This document shows positions 45,461-55,418 of a stretch of DNA of 64,000 nucleotides, one piece after another. Position 1 is the first letter of the stretch; every line of letters starts with the position of its first letter. Origin of the DNA: a virus. A program made the translations under genes and the position numbers. Under the pieces are notes generated by a model, which was not told the DNA's origin, searched no databases, and saw nothing but the letters and a program-made list of their open reading frames with translations. The stretch spans positions 1-64,000 of the IMG/VR virus record IMGVR_UViG_3300023179_000040; one strand, 5' to 3'.

Positions 45461-47566
45461 ATGGTATATCCTACTGGAAATAATAGTGCAAATTATAATT
45501 CTTGTGCTAATTGGGATGGTTCGATAAATGGCAATGTTACTACTGTTGGAAGTAATGGTGGGCCATCTGCTTATGGTACTTATGACCAGAGCGGTAACGT
45601 TAATGAATGCGTTATATCATCAAACCAAAGTTATTTGTTCGGTGGTGATTTTAATGACCCCGATTTCTATTTATCTGCTGCTGCTGCAACTCCAGTAGCA
45701 CCATTTGCTACATATACATTAGGATCTCCTAGCATGGGTTTTCGTTTAGCGTCATTATTAGACATTTATAGCTATAGTAGTTTTGTTGCGGTAGGAGATG
45801 CATCTAATCTTAATAATATCTATGGATGTGGATTTGTCCCTTATGCCTATAAAATAGGTCAATATACAGTAACTGTTTGTGAATATGTTGAGTTTTTAAA
45901 TTCTATAGCAAAAACAGATACTAATAAAGTATATGATATTAATATGGCTAGTGATAGATGCGGGATATTAAGATCTGGAACACCTGGTAATTATATATAT
46001 GATATTCGCTCCACATATGCTAATAAACCAGTTGTTTATGTTAGTGTTATGAATATGTTGAGATATTGTAATTGGCTACACAATAGAAAGCTATCTGGTA
46101 CACAGGATGAAACTACAACAGAGGACGGTGCATATTATATATCGCCGCTCGCAGTAATTCAACAAAGACCTAATCCCCTGTATAGACTGCCAACAGTAAA
46201 TGAATGGCATAAAGCAGCTTATTACAAGGGTGGTGGTACTAACGCTGGTTATTGGACTTATGCTACTCAAACAGACACAGCCCCAATATGTGTAACGGCA
46301 AATTCCAATGGCGATGGACCTTTCTTGTCCAATTATATATGCTCTTATGTTGTTCCTGGTCCTACTCCAACACCTACTAATACCGTAACACCATCAGAAA
46401 CACCAACAAATACTCCTACGCCAACTGTTACTCCAACCAACACAATCACTCCGACAGTCACCCCAACTAATACCGTAACACGAACAAATACTCCAACACC
46501 TACTGTTACTCCAACTGTTACTCCAACCAACACAATCACTCCGACAGTCACCCCAACTAATACAAGAACTCCAACCGTTACTCCTACTAATACCGTAACA
46601 CCATCAGAAACACCAACAAATACTCCTACGCCAACTGTTACTCCAACCAACACAATCACTCCGACAGTCACCCCAACTAATACCGTAACACCAACAGTGA
46701 CAAAAACACCTACTCATACTCCAAGAATAACGAGCACACCAACACCGTCACCAACCAAACCTGTACCCCCCACAATGATTACTCAAAAACTTCAATTTGT
46801 TAAATATTTAGGACAATCTGATATAGAAATATCTTCATTATCCAGTAATATATTGAATCAAATAGACACTATATACTATATTGACAATCAATCTTCATGG
46901 CTCTCATGGAGTGCTAACGGAATCAATAGTTTAAGCTCTTTACAAAGATATAAAACATATTTAATTATTAGCAAAAATAGTAATCCTAATTATAGTCTAT
47001 ATAGCAATACAGATATATTGGATTCAACATCATTTACTATTCTTAATAAAAATATTTCTATAGAAACTTATCGAGGACATAGCTCTTTGATTATTAATAA
47101 TGCATCATGGAAGAATAATATTAATAAAATTATAGGATTAAATAGCACTAGTTCGTCGTATATTAGTTGGGATTCATTAATACCAGCTAATCTGAATAGT
47201 CTAATGTCTTTAGAACCGAATAATGGATATATCTTTTTTGCAAATACAACACCCATAGTATTATGGTCAGAGACTTTAAGATCAATTAATAATTGGACAT
47301 ATAGATATAATAATTTTTTGTCTTTAAGATTCATACCTAATACATTTGAATCCACCATAGAACTATCTGTACCAATGGTGGACACTTTAGATCTTCCTTC
47401 TGTTGGAACACCAGCTCCACTACCGTCTACTTGTGTAGTAACCAGAAATGGTAGTAAAATTGGAGATTTACTATTTATACCAGCATATAATGGTAAAAAT
47501 ATAACAGCTATTATCAGTGGAATATCATATTCATCCACTATTAATAATGGTCAAATTAATTTTTAA
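45461..47566 (+). CDS. FGE/SUMF1 (CLec-fold) domain protein with Thr-Pro stalk; domain circularly permuted
   Basis: [12 protein letters not shown]...GG...MGFRL precedes IGQYTVT..EYVEFLN...KPVVYVS...YCNWL...[13 protein letters not shown]. Confidence 0.75.
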   Translation: MVYPTGNNSANYNSCANWDGSINGNVTTVGSNGGPSAYGTYDQSGNVNECVISSNQSYLFGGDFNDPDFYLSAAAATPVAPFATYTLGSPSMGFRLASLLDIYSYSSFVAVGDASNLNNIYGCGFVPYAYKIGQYTVTVCEYVEFLNSIAKTDTNKVYDINMASDRCGILRSGTPGNYIYDIRSTYANKPVVYVSVMNMLRYCNWLHNRKLSGTQDETTTEDGAYYISPLAVIQQRPNPLYRLPTVNEWHKAAYYKGGGTNAGYWTYATQTDTAPICVTANSNGDGPFLSNYICSYVVPGPTPTPTNTVTPSETPTNTPTPTVTPTNTITPTVTPTNTVTRTNTPTPTVTPTVTPTNTITPTVTPTNTRTPTVTPTNTVTPSETPTNTPTPTVTPTNTITPTVTPTNTVTPTVTKTPTHTPRITSTPTPSPTKPVPPTMITQKLQFVKYLGQSDIEISSLSSNILNQIDTIYYIDNQSSWLSWSANGINSLSSLQRYKTYLIISKNSNPNYSLYSNTDILDSTSFTILNKNISIETYRGHSSLIINNASWKNNINKIIGLNSTSSSYISWDSLIPANLNSLMSLEPNNGYIFFANTTPIVLWSETLRSINNWTYRYNNFLSLRFIPNTFESTIELSVPMVDTLDLPSVGTPAPLPSTCVVTRNGSKIGDLLFIPAYNGKNITAIISGISYSSTINNGQINF
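46361..46770 (+). repeat. Thr-Pro (TPT[N/V]) coding tandem repeat
   Basis: 46507-46680 is identical to 49261-49434. Confidence 0.9.
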
Positions 47567-47573
47567 TAACATC

Positions 47574-47580
47574 GGTGTAT
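47574..47580 (+). promoter_or_regulatory. Putative late promoter motif
   Basis: GGTGTAT, 53 nt upstream of 47628. Confidence 0.6.
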
Positions 47581-47627
47581 ATTACTATCGCTAACCATAT
47601 ATTCTTATATTATAAAGAGGCGCTAAA

Positions 47628-48701
47628 ATGTTGATTAATAATGAATTTGCTATAGAGAGATACAACGGTCAATATGCTCTAACTTTATTATCCGCTCCCG
47701 CAGGAATGGATAGTGCTACTCAGCAACAGTATACGTCTTTTATGAGTAATATTGTTACTATATATGGTAGTCAAAATGAACAAGGCGCTGTTCCTGTTTT
47801 TTTCAAAAATAGTTCTGGCGCCCCTAGTTCTAGTAGCACTCTTACTCAATTAGAATCTGGTCAAGAATATTATTTTATTTCCAAAAATACAGCAGTATTT
47901 CCATATGCTATTCCCGCTATCGGCGGACCAGCAACAGCGTCATGCCCCACTTTACCAACATGCTGCCCATATATTAATTTTACATCTAACAATGTTACAT
48001 TATCAGGGCCGCCAGAAAATATTTATGCTTATCTTACTGCTAATATTAGCGGATTAGAGCCAGGAAAAGAATATAGGTACTCTTTTGAATCAGTAGCGGC
48101 TAATTGGCCATCTAGAGTTAGTCCAATAAGTGGAACATTTATTCCTATGTCTTATAGCGATACTATTGATGCTGTATTTCGTTTTTGTCCAGAATCTGGT
48201 AATTGCACTGAATATTGGCAATATACTGCTGATACTAATCTTAACAAAGATTATAGTCAAAAAAATATTTTTTCATCTGTTAAAATCAAACTATATCCTA
48301 CAGAAGGATCAGATTGTGATGTTATGAGTGATATGGTAACTGTAAAGTGCAATAAATGTTTGCCTGGAGGATTATACTATAGACCCAAACCATCTATTGC
48401 TGGATCTCCAAAATTATCTTTAACCGCTGGATGTTGTGCTAATCCTATTCCTTTAACTATTAATATTACCGGGGCTGAACCAGGTAAAAATTATACTTTT
48501 AATGTACAAGCTTGGCCAGATACTGTAGCGGTTAGTCCAGCTACTGGTATTAGTAGTTTTGGTGATGGAACTGGTAAAATATTATCTATGGTTAGTATGA
48601 GCGGTATCCCTAGTAGTGTTGTTAAATTTGTATTAAATGATAATGTTACTGGAGAAAGTTTCGTTGATTTTACCAGTATAGTATGCAACTCTAGTTGTTA
48701 A
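47628..48701 (+). CDS. Virion appendage protein with two Cys-flanked Ig-like modules
   Basis: SGLEPGKEYRYSF...SPISG and TGAEPGKNYTF...SPATG repeats. Confidence 0.55.
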   Translation: MLINNEFAIERYNGQYALTLLSAPAGMDSATQQQYTSFMSNIVTIYGSQNEQGAVPVFFKNSSGAPSSSSTLTQLESGQEYYFISKNTAVFPYAIPAIGGPATASCPTLPTCCPYINFTSNNVTLSGPPENIYAYLTANISGLEPGKEYRYSFESVAANWPSRVSPISGTFIPMSYSDTIDAVFRFCPESGNCTEYWQYTADTNLNKDYSQKNIFSSVKIKLYPTEGSDCDVMSDMVTVKCNKCLPGGLYYRPKPSIAGSPKLSLTAGCCANPIPLTINITGAEPGKNYTFNVQAWPDTVAVSPATGISSFGDGTGKILSMVSMSGIPSSVVKFVLNDNVTGESFVDFTSIVCNSSC

Positions 48702-48733
48702 TTTATAGGAATTTTAGTATCATAGGATAGAGT

Positions 48734-50878
48734 ATGCCATATGTTGTTCCTAGTCCAACGGTTACACCAACATCATCAGTTACTCCGTCTGTAACTCCTA
48801 CACATAGTATTACACCAACAGTTACACAGACCAATCGTATCAGATATCATAAAACTAATTTGCCAGATACTGTAAATATTGATTGTATTGATGATTGTAC
48901 AGTGCAAAATTTTACAGGATATGGATCTGATCGATCAGTATCATTGAGCTGGGAGCTTGATTCTTATTGCTCTAGTTTAGTTAAAAACTTTACTATAGAA
49001 TATAAATTATCTGGAGCATCAAGTTGGACTTTTTATAGTAATGCAACTAATACAGATAGAAGTATTATTGTAAATAATTTAATTAATAATTATGCATATA
49101 TTTTTAAATTATCTATGATTAGATATAGTAGTAGCGTATCTTCTAGCTATTGTAGCGTTGTAATATCTCCTTCTGAGTCAAAAACCCCCACACCAACCGT
49201 TACTCAAACAGTTACTCCAACACATAGTTTAACTCCATCTGTTACTCCAACTAACACAAGTACTCCAACTGTTACTCCAACCAACACAATCACTCCGACA
49301 GTCACCCCAACTAATACAAGAACTCCAACCGTTACTCCTACTAATACCGTAACACCATCAGAAACACCAACAAATACTCCTACGCCAACTGTTACTCCAA
49401 CCAACACAATCACTCCGACAGTCACCCCAACTAACACAAGTACTCCAACCGTTACTCCTACTAATACCGTAACACCATCAGAAACACCAACAAATACTCC
49501 TACGCCAACTGTTACTCCTACTAACACAGTAACTCCCACTAACACTGTTACCCCAACTAATACTGTGACTCCAACCAACACAATCACTCCGACAGTCACC
49601 CCAACTAACACAAGTACTCCAACCGTTACTCCTACTAATACCGTAACACCAACAAATGCTCCTACTAATACCGTAACACCAACAAATACTCCTACGCCAA
49701 CTGTTACTCCTACTAACACAGTAACTCCCACTAACACTGTTACCCCAACTAATACTGTGACTCCAACCAACACAAGTACTCCAATTGATACCGTAAAACC
49801 AACAAATACTCCAACACCTACAGTTACTCCAACACATAGTTTAACTCCATCTGTTACTCCAACTAACACAGCTACTCCAACTAACACAAGTACTCCAACT
49901 GTTACTCCTACTAATACCGTAACACCATCAGAAACACCAATGCCGCCGCCATCACAAACTCCAATCCTCGAGTTTCCAACTCCTACGCCGCAGGCACCAC
50001 AACCTCCGGTGCCGGTGCCGTGCGACTGTACTTTGCCACAAAGTATTAATCAATATTATATATATGACAGCAATGGTAACCCAGCTCCAAATTCTTTTGC
50101 CGAATTATATAGTAAGTGTACTGTTTATGCTGCAGGAGGATTTGCACGGTGTGAGTTTGTCGGATTTCCTTGTCATTATTTTGGTGATGATGTAGGGTTA
50201 AATGGCGGAGATTGTATATTAAAATGGACATACGGATATTTAGATACTAAAATAGGTTCTACATTTTTAGCCAGAGGTATATTCAGTATGACTTTTGAAG
50301 GATATAGCTTAAGTAAAATTAAAATATATGAGTGTACCGGGAAAACCTGGACAGATGTTTCTGAACAAGCATTGTCACCCGAATTTGGTAGTACTGTTCC
50401 TTTTATTAATGGGTGGTGGTGGAATGATTTTGAAAGACCATCTGCTGCTCCGGGAGGTGATGTATCTCCACCGATTACTATTCCGTTAACGCCGCCGTGC
50501 TGCGTGCCCAATGCTCCTTGTGATGGTGATTGCTATAATCTTTTCGGAGCGTCAATTTGTGACGATTGTCCACCAGGATATACTAATAATGGAATGAATT
50601 GTAATTATCCATGTATTAAAAATTGTGAATGTTGTTTATGTGATATTCCGAATAATAATCTTGTTTCAGTAAGTATAGAAGAATTTAATTTAAGTAATGG
50701 ACCAGAAGTATGCGTTTCAGATATTGAATTATTTACAAGTCCTTCCGGATCAGGTACTATTTATTGTGGTCATGCTTTAGATCTAAATGCCTTTTCCATT
50801 ATTTGGACAGATTCTGGTAATACAGACTCTAATGGGAATAGTGTATATGATGTTATGAAAACAAAAAAATATGTATAA
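48734..50878 (+). CDS. Fn3 domain, long Thr-Pro stalk and Cys-rich head protein
   Basis: SVSLSW...FTIEYK...WT...[13 protein letters not shown] (Fn3), roughly 250 aa of TP repeats, Cys-rich C-terminus. Confidence 0.65.
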   Translation: MPYVVPSPTVTPTSSVTPSVTPTHSITPTVTQTNRIRYHKTNLPDTVNIDCIDDCTVQNFTGYGSDRSVSLSWELDSYCSSLVKNFTIEYKLSGASSWTFYSNATNTDRSIIVNNLINNYAYIFKLSMIRYSSSVSSSYCSVVISPSESKTPTPTVTQTVTPTHSLTPSVTPTNTSTPTVTPTNTITPTVTPTNTRTPTVTPTNTVTPSETPTNTPTPTVTPTNTITPTVTPTNTSTPTVTPTNTVTPSETPTNTPTPTVTPTNTVTPTNTVTPTNTVTPTNTITPTVTPTNTSTPTVTPTNTVTPTNAPTNTVTPTNTPTPTVTPTNTVTPTNTVTPTNTVTPTNTSTPIDTVKPTNTPTPTVTPTHSLTPSVTPTNTATPTNTSTPTVTPTNTVTPSETPMPPPSQTPILEFPTPTPQAPQPPVPVPCDCTLPQSINQYYIYDSNGNPAPNSFAELYSKCTVYAAGGFARCEFVGFPCHYFGDDVGLNGGDCILKWTYGYLDTKIGSTFLARGIFSMTFEGYSLSKIKIYECTGKTWTDVSEQALSPEFGSTVPFINGWWWNDFERPSAAPGGDVSPPITIPLTPPCCVPNAPCDGDCYNLFGASICDDCPPGYTNNGMNCNYPCIKNCECCLCDIPNNNLVSVSIEEFNLSNGPEVCVSDIELFTSPSGSGTIYCGHALDLNAFSIIWTDSGNTDSNGNSVYDVMKTKKYV
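49183..49940 (+). repeat. Thr-Pro coding tandem repeat (longest)
   Basis: Contains exact copies of blocks from the 45461 and 51641 genes. Confidence 0.9.
50840..50846 (+). promoter_or_regulatory. Putative late promoter motif
   Basis: AGTGTAT, 30 nt upstream of 50871; lies inside a CDS. Confidence 0.4.
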
Positions 50879-51527
50879 TTTTAATTGTCAATTTAGAGAA
50901 TCCGATAATAGTCCTTGTATTTGTAAATATCAATCGTTAAAATTAGGACATATAGTAAAAACATCTTCACTATTTTGTAATCATGAATGTCCGAAAAATG
51001 TTTATGAACAAGGAGAAGAAGATAAAGAATTTTTAATAAAGTGTTTTAATAGAAGATATAATCATGAATTTATAAATAAAGTAATAAATAAATTTGCTAA
51101 ACAAACTAAACTTATAGTACCATCTATTTGGCCAGAAGTATTCCGCACTCTTTATGATATTTTGTCTCAAGAGTTATGGTTTGATGATATTGGGTTAACA
51201 GGATCCATAATAGTTGATGGAGTAGATAATCAAAAAGATATTGATATTGTAATAGGTATTAAAGACATAAATGAGTATATACAATGGTCAAAAAATAACT
51301 CATTACCAAACTACATTAATAATATTAAAACAGATTATTATCTTTATGCAACTCCTATGGATCAAGCCAAAGAAACTATTTGTGGATCGTTTTTTTTATC
51401 TTTATGGCCAAATAAAAAAATTATTTATACTAATGAATTATTTAAAAAAAATATAATTTTTCCAAATGATTATCAGGTATTTTATAATAATATTATCGAT
51501 CAACTTTTTTACAATATTGGTAAATAA
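50871..51527 (+). CDS. Putative Pol-beta-superfamily nucleotidyltransferase with N-terminal Cys cluster
   Basis: IGLTGS-x8-KDIDIVI matches hG[GS]...DhD; a third Asp candidate in KTDYY. Confidence 0.55.
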   Translation: MYNFNCQFRESDNSPCICKYQSLKLGHIVKTSSLFCNHECPKNVYEQGEEDKEFLIKCFNRRYNHEFINKVINKFAKQTKLIVPSIWPEVFRTLYDILSQELWFDDIGLTGSIIVDGVDNQKDIDIVIGIKDINEYIQWSKNNSLPNYINNIKTDYYLYATPMDQAKETICGSFFLSLWPNKKIIYTNELFKKNIIFPNDYQVFYNNIIDQLFYNIGK

Positions 51528-51600
51528 ATGATAATGTTTCCAAAGAGAGTATAATTTCTAACAGTGGGGATCTCAAGCTTTAATAACTATTTACATACAT

Positions 51601-51607
51601 AGTGTAT
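51601..51607 (+). promoter_or_regulatory. Putative late promoter motif
   Basis: AGTGTAT, 39 nt upstream of 51641. Confidence 0.55.
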
Positions 51608-51640
51608 ATAATAGTAACTTTAAAAATTAATAAGTAATTT

Positions 51641-52807
51641 ATGATATTTAATAATACTAATTATATAGAATTTGCATATAACATTACTATTACCAATTTA
51701 ACAATCGGAGATGCCTATTCTATTAGTCTATCTTTGCTATCTGATTTTGCTCCAGAGCTAGCTTCTGTTAATCCTTCCACAATTTCTTTTATAGCTTCAG
51801 ATTACTATCAGAATATCTCTCTGCTAATAACTATGGATAAAAATGATCTACTAATACTAAAAATAGATAGCTTAAATACTACAAAAAATAAAAGAGATAT
51901 TGATAGTGTTTTTATTAAATGTAGTGAAAGAAATTTATGTTCTCCTAGACCAACAAAAACACCGACAGTCACCCCAACTAACACAAGTACTCCAACTGTT
52001 ACTCCTACTAACACAGTAACTCCCACTAACACTGTTACCCCAACTAATACTGTGACTCCAACCAACACAATCACTCCGACAGTCACCCCAACTAACACAA
52101 GTACTCCAACCGTTACTCCTACTAATACCGTAACACCAACAAATGCTCCTACTAATACCGTAACACCAACAAATACTCCACCTCTTTACACCACGCCGCC
52201 GCCACCTTGTTATTGCAGATCTAATTGCACAATAAGCATGCCGGAGCCAGAAGGCAGCGAATCATGGAATTGGACGTTTTATTCTCAAGCGTTCTTAAAT
52301 ACGACGCCGCAATCATTTTCACTGCAATCTGCTTACCAAGATTATTTGAGCGGATGTACCTACGTTTGGGTTTATTCGCACAGGCAGACGCTTGGCATTG
52401 ATGATTTGTTCGTAGATGGGTGCCAAGCAAACGTTGGAGTGAACTTGCCAGGCAAAGGCTTTACTGGATTGTTGGGAATCGGGCGCGTCAAATTTCAATA
52501 TCGTCTGATGCTATGCCAAGACAACGTGTTTTTTGACATTACAGAAGACGCGCTAAGCGCGTGCGGTTATTCGGGCAGCACTCCTCAAAACGGGCCTCCA
52601 TATACTAATCTTGTTTCGTCAAATTGTTTGAGCGGGGAGTATATGTGGTGGCAAACTAGCCAGGAGTCTGGTTTTGCCAGCGTTTCGGACGAGTTTTTGT
52701 ACAAACGGTCGTGGTGTGACGGTAGCGTAGTGCTTGCACCAGAACGGCCGCCGTCGCCAGTAGGCACGCTCGATGTTGTTCCGACCCTTAATTGCGCAAA
52801 CCCCTAG
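51641..52807 (+). CDS. Ig-like anchor, Thr-Pro stalk and GC-rich Cys-containing head domain
   Basis: TNLTIGDAY module and TP repeat; head distantly similar to the head of the 48734 gene. Confidence 0.65.
   Translation: MIFNNTNYIEFAYNITITNLTIGDAYSISLSLLSDFAPELASVNPSTISFIASDYYQNISLLITMDKNDLLILKIDSLNTTKNKRDIDSVFIKCSERNLCSPRPTKTPTVTPTNTSTPTVTPTNTVTPTNTVTPTNTVTPTNTITPTVTPTNTSTPTVTPTNTVTPTNAPTNTVTPTNTPPLYTTPPPPCYCRSNCTISMPEPEGSESWNWTFYSQAFLNTTPQSFSLQSAYQDYLSGCTYVWVYSHRQTLGIDDLFVDGCQANVGVNLPGKGFTGLLGIGRVKFQYRLMLCQDNVFFDITEDALSACGYSGSTPQNGPPYTNLVSSNCLSGEYMWWQTSQESGFASVSDEFLYKRSWCDGSVVLAPERPPSPVGTLDVVPTLNCANP
51950..52180 (+). repeat. Thr-Pro coding tandem repeat
   Basis: 51992-52179 is identical to 49505-49692. 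Confidence 0.9.
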
Positions 52808-53115
52808 CCGCTGCCATCACAAACTCCAATCCTCGCGTTTCCAACTCCAACACCAACCATTACGCCGACTACAACATACACAAATACGCCCGGGTGAGTT
52901 TAGTTCTTAATTTTGTCTTAAATCCGCTCAAAAGTGAAAATTTATTTTTAGTGGATCATATTTTATGTGCTTTTTGTGGATTTTTTAATCTATACTTTGT
53001 GCGTAATAAACTTGTTCCTTTTAAAGACTACTAGTAATAAGTGTTCCAATTTGCTCCTTTAAACAAGCTTAATATTTAATCATATATTTATGATTAGCTT
53101 ATTGACTATTAGCTT

Positions 53116-53122
53116 GGTGTAT
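53116..53122 (+). promoter_or_regulatory. Putative late promoter motif
   Basis: GGTGTAT, 37 nt upstream of 53154. Confidence 0.6.
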
Positions 53123-53153
53123 TCTAATATAGAGTACATTATGGGAGAATATT

Positions 53154-53393
53154 ATGGCTAATTCAAATTTAAAAGTAGTTTTTTCTTTTGGTAATATTGT
53201 TCAATTAGACAATAATCAATGCTCTTGCCCAAATATGGTTGAGGTCAATGTGTCTAATTTAACTATAGGAAAAAATTATACGGTCTATATCAATAATTTA
53301 AATAATGTGCCAGTAAGAACTTTCCCCGAAAGCTACTCCTTTACTGCAACAAACGAAACCAAAAATTTATCATTCTATTATCAGTTTGCTTAA
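53154..53393 (+). CDS. Single Ig-like module protein
   Basis: GGGAG RBS; SNLTIGKNYTV...P.SYSFTA, the same module as in neighbouring genes. Confidence 0.6.
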   Translation: MANSNLKVVFSFGNIVQLDNNQCSCPNMVEVNVSNLTIGKNYTVYINNLNNVPVRTFPESYSFTATNETKNLSFYYQFA

Positions 53394-53426
53394 ATAGGTA
53401 TAAGGACAACACTAGGATAAGTTTTC

Positions 53427-55385
53427 ATGGTATATGCTGCGCCTATTAATTTAGATACTAATAATAATTCTAATAATATTATTACTAAATTAGACGATCC
53501 CGCTTATTCTACAAGACAAACGCCGGTAAGAGTCTATTACGCATATAAGGCTATTGACGAGATAACCGGGCCGGTGCCAATGGTTGATCTTAGTAAGACA
53601 TATAATGTATCTGAAGGTGGTATTACTTATAGTGTCACAACAAAAGCAACACTATCTGGTAAAATAGTAAGATCAAAATATTATGATCCACTAGTAAATC
53701 CTAGTGGTAGCGGAACCGCAGTTATTGCAAGGGCTATTAATGATTTAACAGATCTGTTTAAATCTCCCACAGGAATTTTTGAAATTAAATGTGGTAGCAC
53801 GGTAATATTGTCTGGATCAGGCGTAAAAGTATTAAATTTAACAGCAAATAAAAGTAATGATAATTGGATATTTTCATCAGACTATAATATAGAATTAGAA
53901 TTTTCTGAACCTATATATAGTGGTATACCACTTATTAAAAACGGTACCGATTCTTGGTCATTAGAGCCTGTTGAAGAATATGTATATATGAATCAAAAAA
54001 TAACTGTCAATGGTAATCAAGAATATCATAATCCTATTTTAGGTTATTCTAACGCAGGAACAAACCCAAAAAGTGGACCAACATCTCCTAATTTAGACAT
54101 TGTTACTATACCTCAATTTAGATTATCCAGAAAAGTATCAGCGGATGGATTACCTTCACATAATGTTGTTAATTACGGAGGAGTGCCGGCTAGTGCAAAT
54201 TATTCTGCATATATTAATGCGAAAAAGTGGGTTGAGATGCAATTAGCATCTTCATTTAATGGCAATAGTGCATCGGGATATCCTAAATTTTCTTCTAATA
54301 CTATTTTTAGTATAGATAGTTTTGATAAAATATTTTTATATAATCATCTTAGAACCATAAATTTTAATACAAATGCTGGATCCTATGAAGTCAATGACAC
54401 CTGGTTAGCGATGCCCACAGGGTTAAATTATTTGGAAGACTATACTGTTGAATCTAATACTGATGAAAAAAATATTAAAACAGTAAAAGTCCAGGGACAA
54501 ATCAAAGGCTTAATGATGTCTAGTCTTCCTGTTATGACCGGACAAGCAGATAAAATGATACCAGATAATAATGGTATTATATCAATAACAGGATTATTAG
54601 CAGCTGGCACAACCGGCGGAAAATCTATGCAAAGATTAGACGAATTGTCTCAAACAGGATTGGTTTTAAGCGACAGCAAATATATAAATGCTGTTAGCGG
54701 ATGGTTGCATGATATTAAACCATATATTTATCGTAGAGCATGTATGGTTGTGGATAGTCTCGACAGAAACGCCCCGTATGTACAATTTAACTATTCTCCA
54801 CAACCACCATTAAATAATCCTATTTATTCTCATGAAAGAATGTTGAACATTATTCCTATTGCTACTACAGAATCTCATGATCCTAGAAAAGGAATAGTAT
54901 CATATACATATGAATTTAATAATAAACTTAAACTTTTAAGTGGTGTAATTTCTGAAAATATTACTATTAATGATACTGGCCCTGTAGACGTTATTAATCA
55001 GGCTTTCGTATTAGGTCGCAGATTAGGTCCAGTGCTTCAGTCTTTGGGTACTACCACAAGCTCCACCAAAAGCGTTACTGTAGAAATTATTGTAGGTACA
55101 CCAACAGGAATAGATGGATGTTTAATTACCAGTAACTATTGTCCGGTATGGACAGGCGGAACCACATATAAAGCTATAGAAGAATTGATTGATGGATTAG
55201 CACCTTTTGGTCGTAGGGTTGTAAATATTTTCCCAAATATGAGCAGAGAGCCTTTAACTGGTCAGGTCTATTTACAACAAAATGATTTGAGTTGGAATCC
55301 CACTGAGGGTAGATATATAAGAAATGTTAGCTGGGTTTATCAACATTGTTCTATTGGAAATAACTACAATAGACTTAATCATTAG
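53427..55385 (+). CDS. Tail tip/distal tail structural protein
   Basis: 652 aa, beta-rich, upstream of the large tail-tip gene. Confidence 0.5.
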   Translation: MVYAAPINLDTNNNSNNIITKLDDPAYSTRQTPVRVYYAYKAIDEITGPVPMVDLSKTYNVSEGGITYSVTTKATLSGKIVRSKYYDPLVNPSGSGTAVIARAINDLTDLFKSPTGIFEIKCGSTVILSGSGVKVLNLTANKSNDNWIFSSDYNIELEFSEPIYSGIPLIKNGTDSWSLEPVEEYVYMNQKITVNGNQEYHNPILGYSNAGTNPKSGPTSPNLDIVTIPQFRLSRKVSADGLPSHNVVNYGGVPASANYSAYINAKKWVEMQLASSFNGNSASGYPKFSSNTIFSIDSFDKIFLYNHLRTINFNTNAGSYEVNDTWLAMPTGLNYLEDYTVESNTDEKNIKTVKVQGQIKGLMMSSLPVMTGQADKMIPDNNGIISITGLLAAGTTGGKSMQRLDELSQTGLVLSDSKYINAVSGWLHDIKPYIYRRACMVVDSLDRNAPYVQFNYSPQPPLNNPIYSHERMLNIIPIATTESHDPRKGIVSYTYEFNNKLKLLSGVISENITINDTGPVDVINQAFVLGRRLGPVLQSLGTTTSSTKSVTVEIIVGTPTGIDGCLITSNYCPVWTGGTTYKAIEELIDGLAPFGRRVVNIFPNMSREPLTGQVYLQQNDLSWNPTEGRYIRNVSWVYQHCSIGNNYNRLNH

Positions 55386-55418
55386 CTTTTAATTTTTTTA
55401 AATAGGATAATATTTATT

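Noticed and set aside
40393-52098. Minus-strand ORFs rich in VGVT (40393, 46345, 49204, 49478, 51808)
   Set aside because: They are antisense shadows of the Thr-Pro repeats.
45461-52807. Diversity-generating retroelement
   Set aside because: No reverse transcriptase is present, and I saw no TR/VR pair differing only at adenines. The repeats found are exact or differ at non-A positions.
52805-52807. Genome-wide TAG recoding
   Set aside because: Long genes are uninterrupted in code 11, and other TAG codons (23472, 38063) end genes at plausible boundaries. This is a single local case.
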